Source: Terrisporobacter mayombei
Lineage (GTDB): Bacteria; Bacillota; Clostridia; Peptostreptococcales; Peptostreptococcaceae
Reading direction: 5' to 3' (one strand)
Assembly: GCF_031202285.1 (NCBI RefSeq)
Contig: NZ_CP101637.1
Length of the DNA stretch: 24,000 bases
The position numbers and the translations under genes are program-made. Positions 8,226 to 15,081 of the stretch are shown one piece after another (within the stretch, counting starts at the first letter, position 1; each line of letters opens with the position of its first letter). The notes under the pieces are model-generated. The model had not been told where the DNA came from and ran no database searches. It was given only the letters and a program-made list of their open reading frames with translations.

Positions 8226-10220
8226 TTAGTCTTCCTCCCTTAAGTATTGTTCAATTATTTCATGTACTTTCATGTAAGCTTCCTTAATAGATACTCCCTC
8301 CAGTTGAGCACCGGCTATATCCATGTGTCCGCCTCCACCTAGCTTTTCCATTAAAACATGTACATTTATCTTTCCTAATGACCTTGCACTTATGAATACA
8401 GTTCCATCCTTTTCACCAAGTACAAATGATGCCTCTATTTTTTTTACTGTCAATAATTCATCTGCAGCCTGAGCAATAACCACATTAATATTTTCAGACT
8501 GTATTTTTGAATAAGATATACATATTCTATTATCAATAATACGAGTATTACTTATAATTTCTGCCTTTGCTTTAAAATCTTCCACATTTGATCTAAATAG
8601 TTTCTTAACTTCTGTAGTGTCTGCTCCTGCCTTCTTTAAATAAGAAGCTGCCTCAAAAGTTCTTACTCCTGTTTTAAATGCAAAGAATTTTGTATCTAAA
8701 CTTATTCCTGCAAGAAGTCCTTCTGCTGTAAGTTTATTTATTTTAACATCATCCTCTAAATATTGGACAACTTCTGTTACCATTTCACAAGTAGACGATA
8801 CATAGATTTCATGGAATGATAAAACAGTATCCTGAATAGACTCAACACCTTTTCTATGGTGATCTATTACAGCTATTTTTTTACTTATTCCCAATAATTC
8901 TTCGCATTCTGTATAACTAGGTCTATGAGTATCAACTACAACTACCAATGTATCTCTAGTACAATTTTTTATCGCCTCTTCTTTACTTATAAATAAATCC
9001 TTATAATACTCGCATTTGTTCAATCTACTTACAAATTCATCTATAGATTCATTAACAGTGTCCAGTACTATATATGTTTCTTTTTTCAAAGATTTACATA
9101 TGTCATATATCCCAACTGCTGCTCCCATAGCATCTAAATCAGGATATTTGTGACCCATTATATAAATAGTTTTACTTTGAGATACTATTTCTTTTAATGC
9201 ATGACCTATTAGCCTAGATTTAACTTTTGTTGTCTTTTCAACTGCCTTAGATTTTCCACCATAAAACTCAAACTTATCTTTTGTTTTTACAATAGCTTGA
9301 TCTCCACCTCTACCTAATGCTAAGTCCAAAGCTCCTGTTGCAAGCTTAATATTTTCATAAATGGAGTCTCCACTTCTTCCAACACCTATACTTATGGTTA
9401 CAGGAAGTGTATTTCCATAATCAATATCTCTTATTGTATCTAATATGGTAAATTTATTTTCTTGAAGTTTAGATAAACCTTTTTGATTAGTTATAATTAT
9501 GTATTTATCCTTCGATGTTCTTTTTACCGCTGCTTGTAAAGATGTTTCCAAGCCAGATAGTATTCTCTCTAGTTCTACAGAAATTAAAGATCTCTTATCC
9601 TCATCAGCGCTCTTTAATACTTCATCGTATCCATCTACCTGAATTAACATTATGATATTTTTTTCTTCCTCATATTTTTGAGAAAGAGCTAAATATGCTG
9701 TTTTATCTATCCAATAAAGCATCATTAAATATTTCACTTGATCATCTTGTTCATTTTTTATAACATTATAAACAACTGTATACTCTCTATCTTTGTAGCT
9801 TACCTCAGTATACATTTCTTTATTTTCATTTAATACTTTTCTTAAATTAAGATTTTTAACTATATTATCAATATTTTCGCCAAGCAAATCTGGCGACTGT
9901 GTCATATCATAAAACTTCTTATTATACCATGATATATTTCCATCAAATTCGAGAATACAAAGAGGTATAGGTAGATTCATTATAGCCTTTTTGGTTGTTT
10001 CATCAATATCTAAAGATAAAGTTTCAATATATCTATTCCACTCTTTTTTTCTAAAATTAGCAATTCTCCAATTATGAAATACTATATAAATAAAACCAAA
10101 GAAAAACAAACATCCTATATACAAATTATAGAAAATTAGGATTAAACTTGTTATTCCAATAATTAATATATATATATTTATTTCTGGCATATTTATTTTA
10201 AAACTTGATTTACTCCTCAT
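8226..10220 (-). CDS. gdpP: GdpP-type c-di-AMP phosphodiesterase (2 TM + PAS-like + degenerate GGDEF + DHH/DHHA1)
   Basis: 664 aa with two N-terminal hydrophobic helices. DHH-family motifs are read directly (HKYPDLDAMG, VVVDTH, VIDHHR, GGGGH). Conserved yybS-gdpP-rplI-dnaB synteny. AGGAGG SD. Confidence 0.9.
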   Translation of the reverse strand: MRSKSSFKINMPEINIYILIIGITSLILIFYNLYIGCLFFFGFIYIVFHNWRIANFRKKEWNRYIETLSLDIDETTKKAIMNLPIPLCILEFDGNISWYNKKFYDMTQSPDLLGENIDNIVKNLNLRKVLNENKEMYTEVSYKDREYTVVYNVIKNEQDDQVKYLMMLYWIDKTAYLALSQKYEEEKNIIMLIQVDGYDEVLKSADEDKRSLISVELERILSGLETSLQAAVKRTSKDKYIIITNQKGLSKLQENKFTILDTIRDIDYGNTLPVTISIGVGRSGDSIYENIKLATGALDLALGRGGDQAIVKTKDKFEFYGGKSKAVEKTTKVKSRLIGHALKEIVSQSKTIYIMGHKYPDLDAMGAAVGIYDICKSLKKETYIVLDTVNESIDEFVSRLNKCEYYKDLFISKEEAIKNCTRDTLVVVVDTHRPSYTECEELLGISKKIAVIDHHRKGVESIQDTVLSFHEIYVSSTCEMVTEVVQYLEDDVKINKLTAEGLLAGISLDTKFFAFKTGVRTFEAASYLKKAGADTTEVKKLFRSNVEDFKAKAEIISNTRIIDNRICISYSKIQSENINVVIAQAADELLTVKKIEASFVLGEKDGTVFISARSLGKINVHVLMEKLGGGGHMDIAGAQLEGVSIKEAYMKVHEIIEQYLREED

Positions 10221-10230
10221 TTCTATCCTC

Positions 10231-11181
10231 CTATATAGATTTATAAGCTCTCACATTTCTAAAGTCTAATATGCTATCTATCATACCTATAAAAGAAATT
10301 CCGGTCATTCCAAGTATACCTACACACATTGCACTAATAAATACTTTTTTATCTATACCATTTTTTAGCCATTTTTTTATGAAATAGATAGATACAGATA
10401 TTCCTTGTATTATAAACATAAAATTAAATACCATTTGCAGATTTAAGAATATTGCATCTGTATATAATGGTGTTTCTATATAAGACAGGCCTAACATTAA
10501 TAGATATAATACAAACGAAATAACTATAGCATTTCCCGGTAAATAAAAATTTCTAAATTTTATTTCTACTAAATCTCCATATTTCATTTTTTTAAGAACA
10601 TATATTTCAACAAAATATACAATTATTGATAAAATCATCCCTCTAAAAAATAATATGGTCGGTATTATATTTCTAAATGTATCTATAATATTTTCTGTAT
10701 TTAACAATTCATTGTTACTTATAGATTGTAACAAACTTTTTTGTGCTTCTATACTTTTATTGAATACTTGAATCATCTCATCCAATATATCAACTCCAAA
10801 AGCATATTTTGATATAATGTAATGTACTACTATAGAAAGTATAAATACTATAGAACCTACAAAAATTGGTTCATATTTATTGCTATCTTGTTTACTTAAA
10901 ACTTTTTTAGCTATAATACCTATAATTGTCCCCGGTACAATACTGTTTATAAATATATCAACTGCATTTATAGGTTTATTTAAAAATATTAAAGCCAAAA
11001 ATGTAATTATTAGTGATATTATATTATTTTTAATATTTGATAATGTTCCGATTAATGCAAAAGGTATCGGTATTAATAATAATAGTAAACTTAATTGAGG
11101 AACATTTAAGCTTATCAATATTAATATTATAGCTAAAATGACTATCGGTAATACCCTTGATAGTCTTAAATATTTATTCAA
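10231..11181 (-). CDS. YybS-family polytopic membrane protein (DUF2232-like)
   Basis: 316 aa, hydrophobic throughout with many predicted TM helices. It sits immediately upstream of gdpP, as yybS does in B. subtilis. TTG start with a GGGAGTG SD 7 nt upstream. Confidence 0.7.
   Translation of the reverse strand: MNKYLRLSRVLPIVILAIILILISLNVPQLSLLLLLIPIPFALIGTLSNIKNNIISLIITFLALIFLNKPINAVDIFINSIVPGTIIGIIAKKVLSKQDSNKYEPIFVGSIVFILSIVVHYIISKYAFGVDILDEMIQVFNKSIEAQKSLLQSISNNELLNTENIIDTFRNIIPTILFFRGMILSIIVYFVEIYVLKKMKYGDLVEIKFRNFYLPGNAIVISFVLYLLMLGLSYIETPLYTDAIFLNLQMVFNFMFIIQGISVSIYFIKKWLKNGIDKKVFISAMCVGILGMTGISFIGMIDSILDFRNVRAYKSI
10531..10544. other. Noc-binding-site-like palindrome ATTTCCCGGTAAAT (13/14 to ATTTCCCGGGAAAT)
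   Basis: Read directly inside the yybS-like CDS. A CCCGG core flanked by ATTT/AAAT is very unusual in DNA this AT-rich. Confidence 0.35.
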
Positions 11182-11187
11182 TTTATA

Positions 11188-11508
11188 TCACTCCCTATTG
11201 TCCATGTATTTTTCCAATTTTGACAAATCTCCAAACCAGGTTTCTATACTGTGTTCTTCCTTTATTCCTTCTTTCGCTTTTTCTTTTATTTTATGATCTA
11301 TTTCATCAAAACTAATGCCTAATCTTTTTCCTAAAAGATATAACAACATAATTATATTAGCTATTGCATTTTGAAGTCCATCGTCAATAGGTTTTACGCC
11401 CTTGAATATTAGATTGAACAGGCTACTTATACTCATTAGTATTTCATTTTTTATCCATTCTATTATTTTCACATTTTTTGTAATATCAGAACCTTTTTCT
11501 ATTCGCAC
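11188..11508 (-). CDS. Small conserved hypothetical protein, possibly a MazG-like all-alpha NTP-pyrophosphohydrolase fold
   Basis: ORF-track entry 11188..11526 begins TTG AGG AGG GGG AAG, which is really an AGGAGGGGG SD. The GTG at 11508, 9 nt downstream, is the likely start (106 aa). The product guess rests only on its size, its helical and charged character, and its position upstream of yybS. Confidence 0.45.
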   Translation of the reverse strand: MRIEKGSDITKNVKIIEWIKNEILMSISSLFNLIFKGVKPIDDGLQNAIANIIMLLYLLGKRLGISFDEIDHKIKEKAKEGIKEEHSIETWFGDLSKLEKYMDNRE

Positions 11509-11535
11509 AATCTTCCCCCTCCTCAATATATAAAC

Positions 11536-11544
11536 ATTATATCA
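11536..11544 (-). promoter_or_regulatory. Extended -10 element TGATATAAT for the MazG-like/yybS/gdpP/rplI/dnaB operon
   Basis: The minus strand reads TTGCAAATTATGATATAATG. TGnTATAAT lies about 10 nt upstream of the SD. TTGTAT 19 nt upstream is a weak -35. Confidence 0.4.
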
Positions 11545-11566
11545 TAATTTGCAAGGTAACATACAA

Positions 11567-11594
11567 TGAAAAAAGGAGGGCTTCTACCTTCCTT
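11567..11594 (-). terminator. Second terminator-like hairpin downstream of rpsR
   Basis: Minus strand: AAGGAAGG-tagaag-CCCTCCTT (7 of 8 bp) followed by TTTTTT. Confidence 0.45.
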
Positions 11595-11714
11595 TTCATA
11601 ATAATATTATTAAATTATTTATATTTATAATTTCCCAAGTAATAATTTAATATTTTATTTCTATCATGTTTCCAAAATATTGAAAGCTATTTTTCTTGTT
11701 TCCTTAAGACTAAT

Positions 11715-11749
11715 AAAAAAGCCCACCATTGATGAATCAATGGAAGGCA
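11715..11749 (-). terminator. Rho-independent terminator of the rpsF-ssb-rpsR operon
   Basis: Minus strand: GCCTTCCATTGAT-tca-TCAATGGTGGGC followed by TTTTTT. It begins 7 nt after the rpsR stop. Confidence 0.75.
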
Positions 11750-11755
11750 TTTTTA

Positions 11756-11983
11756 TTAGTCTAATGTATATGGTAAAAGTGCTATATTTCTAGCTCTCTT
11801 TATTGCTACTGTTAATTCTCTTTGATGTTTAGCACATGTTCCTGATATTCTTCTTGGTAATATTTTACCTCTTTCAGTTACATATTTTTGTAATCTTTGA
11901 GTGTTTTTGTAGTCTATTCTAGCGTCTTTAGAAGCACAGAATTGACAAACTTTTCTTTTCTTACGTCTTTTTTTGTTTATCAT
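11756..11983 (-). CDS. rpsR: 30S ribosomal protein S18
   Basis: 75 aa with [11 protein letters not shown]...IDYKN...[15 protein letters not shown], the canonical S18 sequence. AAGGAGGGG SD. Confidence 0.95.
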   Translation of the reverse strand: MINKKRRKKRKVCQFCASKDARIDYKNTQRLQKYVTERGKILPRRISGTCAKHQRELTVAIKRARNIALLPYTLD

Positions 11984-12001
11984 TTAGAGTCCCCTCCTTT
12001 T

Positions 12002-12454
12002 CTAAAATGGTATTTCGTCATCATCTATTGCTTGGAAACCATTTGGATCTAATCCTTGTGGTGCCTCGAAATTTGGTTCGAAAGTCGGTTGCGAACCTTG
12101 ATGACCTTCTCCGTATGGGTTTTCAGATCTATTTTTATTGCTCTCTAAAGCTTGTACTGAATTAGCACTTACTTTAGTAAAAGTTCTATTTTCTCCAGAT
12201 TGTGTTTGATATCTATCAACTCTTAAAGTTCCTTGAACTGCAACTAATCTACCTTTTGAGATATAATTTGCACAAAAGTCAGCTGCTTTTCCCATCACTT
12301 CAACAGGAATAAAGTCTGTTTCTTTAGTTCCATCTTTTTTAGTATAGTTTCTATCTATAGCTATTGTAAAGTTAGCAACAGGTGTTCCACTTCCAGGTAT
12401 ATATCTTAATTCTGGATCCTTAGTTAATCTACCAACTAATACTACATGGTTCAT
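12002..12454 (-). CDS. ssb: Single-stranded DNA-binding protein
   Basis: 150 aa with an OB-fold N-terminus MNHVVLVGRLTKDPELRY, a Gly/Pro/Gln-rich linker and the acidic tail DDDEIPF. Confidence 0.95.
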   Translation of the reverse strand: MNHVVLVGRLTKDPELRYIPGSGTPVANFTIAIDRNYTKKDGTKETDFIPVEVMGKAADFCANYISKGRLVAVQGTLRVDRYQTQSGENRTFTKVSANSVQALESNKNRSENPYGEGHQGSQPTFEPNFEAPQGLDPNGFQAIDDDEIPF

Positions 12455-12496
12455 AAAAGCACCATCCTATTCATAATAAAACTAGTTAAATGCTAA

Positions 12497-12775
12497 TTAA
12501 GCACAAACTATCATATGTCTTATTACGTTTTCGTTTATTTTTAAGTTTCTGTCTAATTCTTTTGGAAGATCAGCAGAAGCTTTGAAGTTTACTAACACAT
12601 AGAAACCTTCTGTGAACTTAGCTATTGGGTAAGCTAATTTCTTGTTTCCCCAAGTGTCAACTTTTTCAACTTCACCATTAACTGAGATTACTTCTTGTAT
12701 TTTGTTCATTACAGCTTCTCTAACTTCATCTTCAGCGTTTGGTCTTACAACGTAAACTAATTCATAATTTTTCAT
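12497..12775 (-). CDS. rpsF: 30S ribosomal protein S6
   Basis: 92 aa beginning MKNYELVYVVRPN...WGNKKLAYPI, the canonical S6 sequence. First gene of the rpsF-ssb-rpsR operon. Confidence 0.95.
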   Translation of the reverse strand: MKNYELVYVVRPNAEDEVREAVMNKIQEVISVNGEVEKVDTWGNKKLAYPIAKFTEGFYVLVNFKASADLPKELDRNLKINENVIRHMIVCA

Positions 12776-12847
12776 TAAATTTCACCTCCCTTTGGACTTA
12801 ACGGCTCCACTTTTGCAGAGCAGAGAAATGAGAATAAATTCTCATAC
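12776..12847 (-). promoter_or_regulatory. Structured rpsF 5' leader (candidate S6:S18 autoregulatory leader)
   Basis: An approximately 70-nt leader between the predicted -10 and the ATG carries two hairpins on the minus strand: ATGAGAAT..ATTCTCAT and GCTCTGC-AAAA-GTGGAGC (including G-U pairs). The second is the only GC-rich patch in the region and lies just before the GGGAGGTG SD. Confidence 0.4.
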
Positions 12848-12853
12848 TTATGT

Positions 12854-12882
12854 ATTTTATCACTTATAATAAGCTATGTCAA
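12854..12882 (-). promoter_or_regulatory. SigA-type promoter of rpsF-ssb-rpsR
   Basis: Minus strand: consensus TTGACA (12882-12877), a 17-nt spacer, then TAAAAT (12859-12854). An AT-rich UP-like tract lies upstream. Confidence 0.75.
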
Positions 12883-13043
12883 ACTATTTATACCTAATTT
12901 TACTTTGTATATTTTATAATAATTTTTATATTATTTGAGAATTTTATTGAATTTATTCAATCTATGTATATTTTTATTACTTCTGATAAATAATAAAAGT
13001 ATATATAGCCCCCATAACTTAAATATATTTCATCCCAATCTCC

Positions 13044-13073
13044 CAAATGGATAGCTTAATAGCTATCCATTTT
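13044..13073. terminator. Perfect 13-bp palindromic hairpin (AAATGGATAGCT-taat-AGCTATCCATTT)
   Basis: Read directly. A/T tracts form the base of the stem on both sides, so it could act in either orientation. It is the second hairpin downstream of the aminotransferase gene. Confidence 0.45.
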
Positions 13074-13079
13074 AAATTG

Positions 13080-13112
13080 AAAACGGACAAAGAAAACCTT
13101 TGCCCGTTTTTT
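13080..13112. terminator. Terminator hairpin downstream of the aminotransferase gene (bidirectional form)
   Basis: Stem AAAACGGACAAAG (13080-13092) / CTTTGCCCGTTTT (13098-13110) with one mismatch and a 5-nt loop. T-runs follow it on both strands. It lies about 30 nt after the stop at 13145. Confidence 0.65.
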
Positions 13113-13144
13113 AGTATTCACCTATTTTATAAGTTTTATACAAA

Positions 13145-14365
13145 TTATTTGTTAGTAGCTAACTCTTTTTCATCATTCTTAGCTAATTCTTCTCTTAATA
13201 CTTCTCCCATTCTCTTTATACCTTCTACTATTTTTTCTTCAGGCATATTTGAATAGTTAAGTCTACAAGTATTGTATACTCCACCATTTGGATAGAATGA
13301 CTCACCTGGAACGTATGCTACATTTTTCTCTAAGCATTTTTTAGCCATTTCTCCAGCATTAATTCCCTTAGGGAATGTAACCCAAGTGAATAGTCCTCCT
13401 TGTGGGTGTGTAAACTCAACACTATCTGGGAATTCTTCTTTCATAGTTTGTAACATTATATCTCTACGCTTAACATAACATGCTTTTATTTTTTCAACAT
13501 GCTCGTCTAAGTCATAAATATCCATAAATTTACTTACTTCCATTTGACTTATTGTAGATGCTTGTAAGTCAGCTCCTTGCTTACAAATATTAAATTTAGC
13601 TAGTATTTCTGGAGCAGCACAAGTCCATCCTAGTCTATATCCTGGACAGAATATTTTTGAGAAAGTTCCTAGATAAAGTACTAATCCCTTAGTATCTAAT
13701 GATTTTAGAGATGGTAAACTTTCTCCATCAAATCTTAACTCCCCATATGGATTGTCTTCTATTACAGGTATTTCATATTTATTTACTATTTCCATAAATT
13801 TAAGACGTCTTTCTAATGGCCATGTTCTACCTGATGGATTTTGGAAATCTGGTATTACATAAATCATTTTAACTTTGTCATTTGAAGCTAAAACTTTTTC
13901 TAAGTCTTCCATCATCATACCATCATTATCAGTGTCAATTTCAATAAACTCTGGCTCATATGCTTTCATTGCATTTAGTGCACCCATATAAGATGGACTT
14001 TCGCATAAAATTACATCACCTTTGTCTATAAATGTCTTTCCAGAAAAATCAAGACCTTGTTGAGATCCACTAGTTATTAATATATCATCTGGACCTACAT
14101 TAGTTTTTAGTGTGTTGTTCATTCTTGCTGCAATTTTTTGTCTTAATGGAAGATAACCTTCAGTTGATGTATATTGTAATGCTGTTCTTCCTTGCTCTTC
14201 TAATACTGCAACTGATACCTTTTTCATTTCTTCCACTGGAAATAATTCTGGAGCAGGCATTCCACCTGCAAAAGATATTACCTCTGGTCTAGCTGTAAGT
14301 TTTAATAACTCACGTATAGCTGACCCTTCAATTTTGCTCATTCTGTCTGCAAATCTAACTGCCAT
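13145..14365 (-). CDS. PLP-dependent class-I aminotransferase (AspC / 2-aminoadipate (LysN) / aromatic aminotransferase-like subfamily)
   Basis: 406 aa. It has the N-terminal FADRMSKIEGSAIRELLKL and ISFAGGMPAPELFP signatures, the NPSG motif and the PLP-lysine context GTFSKIFCPGYRLGW. AGGGGGTG SD. Substrate is not assignable from the sequence alone. Confidence 0.85.
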   Translation of the reverse strand: MAVRFADRMSKIEGSAIRELLKLTARPEVISFAGGMPAPELFPVEEMKKVSVAVLEEQGRTALQYTSTEGYLPLRQKIAARMNNTLKTNVGPDDILITSGSQQGLDFSGKTFIDKGDVILCESPSYMGALNAMKAYEPEFIEIDTDNDGMMMEDLEKVLASNDKVKMIYVIPDFQNPSGRTWPLERRLKFMEIVNKYEIPVIEDNPYGELRFDGESLPSLKSLDTKGLVLYLGTFSKIFCPGYRLGWTCAAPEILAKFNICKQGADLQASTISQMEVSKFMDIYDLDEHVEKIKACYVKRRDIMLQTMKEEFPDSVEFTHPQGGLFTWVTFPKGINAGEMAKKCLEKNVAYVPGESFYPNGGVYNTCRLNYSNMPEEKIVEGIKRMGEVLREELAKNDEKELATNK

Positions 14366-14444
14366 GTTAAAGCACCCCCTATATATTACCTAATGATCTA
14401 TATAAATTTTATTAGGTTACTACAACTGTTTAACTAAAGCCTTC

Positions 14445-14630
14445 CTATTTATTTACAATTTTCTTTACTCTTTTTTCTAGAGTTTGTCTATCTAACATAA
14501 TCAATCTTTTACAGTTAGTACATTTAATCTTTATATCCATTCCTACTCTAACTATTTCAAATTGTTTACATCCACAAGCATGTTGTTTTTTTAATTCTAC
14601 TATGTCACCTAAATTAAGATCCATTGGCAT
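14445..14630 (-). CDS. DUF951-family small protein (four-Cys, zinc-ribbon-like)
   Basis: About 61 aa with MPMDLNLGDIVELKKQHACGC...CTNCKR. The ORF-track TTG start at 14636 is less likely than the ATG at 14630, which has an AGGAGG 10 nt upstream. Confidence 0.7.
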   Translation of the reverse strand: MPMDLNLGDIVELKKQHACGCKQFEIVRVGMDIKIKCTNCKRLIMLDRQTLEKRVKKIVNK

Positions 14631-14979
14631 AAACAATCAACCTCCTAACTAATTTAGATTTTGCTTTTGTTGCATTACTTTTTATGATATTTAATAAGTC
14701 CCCAAACACATTAAACACCATTCTTTGTTTTATATTTTCAGTTGAAAATCAATAGATACAACACCACTTTTTATAATAAATATTTTAAGAAGTAGTATTA
14801 ATATGAGCCTTAATAATTACTTTGTCTTAATTATTTTAGTCGATTGAAATGAATTAAGACTGATAATACTATTTATTTTAATAAAATTATTTAACTTTAT
14901 TGCTTCAGTCTTTAAATAAAAAATCTTTTATTTATTCTATATAGATATAATTATAGTGAGAAATTACTTCGATATCATA

Positions 14980-15008
14980 ATTATACCAATTGAGAATACA
15001 AATGTAAA
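14980..15008 (-). promoter_or_regulatory. Near-consensus SigA-type promoter with extended -10, no CDS immediately downstream
   Basis: Minus strand: TTTACA (15008-15003), a 17-nt spacer, then TGGTATAAT (14988-14980). The next credible start codon on this strand is DUF951 at 14630, about 340 nt away. Confidence 0.6.
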
Positions 15009-15081
15009 TTTGTTATTATCATATTTTAAATAATCACAACAATAAAAAGCTTTTCCATAGCAATATTTAATATATTAAATG

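Noticed and set aside
11509-11526. ORF-track N-terminal extensions: MRRGKI at 11509-11526, MII at 7754-7762, MF at 14631-14636 and MENNK at 6181-6195.
   Set aside because: The extensions begin at TTG or GTG codons, or at an SD-less ATG, and they translate the actual Shine-Dalgarno sequence (e.g. TTGAGGAGGGGG). Downstream starts have correctly spaced SDs.
11537-11599. A 20-codon minus-strand ORF (MKRKVEALLFSLYVTLQIMI) between rpsR and the MazG-like gene.
   Set aside because: It has no SD. It overlaps a terminator-like hairpin and the next operon's -10 element, so it is most simply explained as non-coding.
14803-14847. A plus-strand 14-aa ORF (MSLNNYFVLIILVD) in the long intergenic region. A minus-strand 35-aa ORF at 14614-14721 overlaps the DUF951 start.
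   Set aside because: Neither has an SD. The second overlaps the DUF951 SD and start out of frame. There is no supporting signal.
14637-14980. A T-box or other riboswitch in the long leader upstream of the DUF951-aminotransferase unit.
   Set aside because: I could not find the conserved T-box sequence (GGGTGGTACCGCG-like) or any GC-rich conserved core. The region is almost pure A/T with a single modest inverted repeat.
15026-15058. A 10-codon ORF (MEKLFIVVII) 23 nt downstream of the RstA-like gene, considered as a cognate signalling peptide.
   Set aside because: It has no Shine-Dalgarno sequence. It is far shorter than typical RRNPP pro-peptides, with no export signal or processing site. An ORF like this is expected by chance in AT-rich DNA. 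It is kept only as something to look at in Ribo-seq data.
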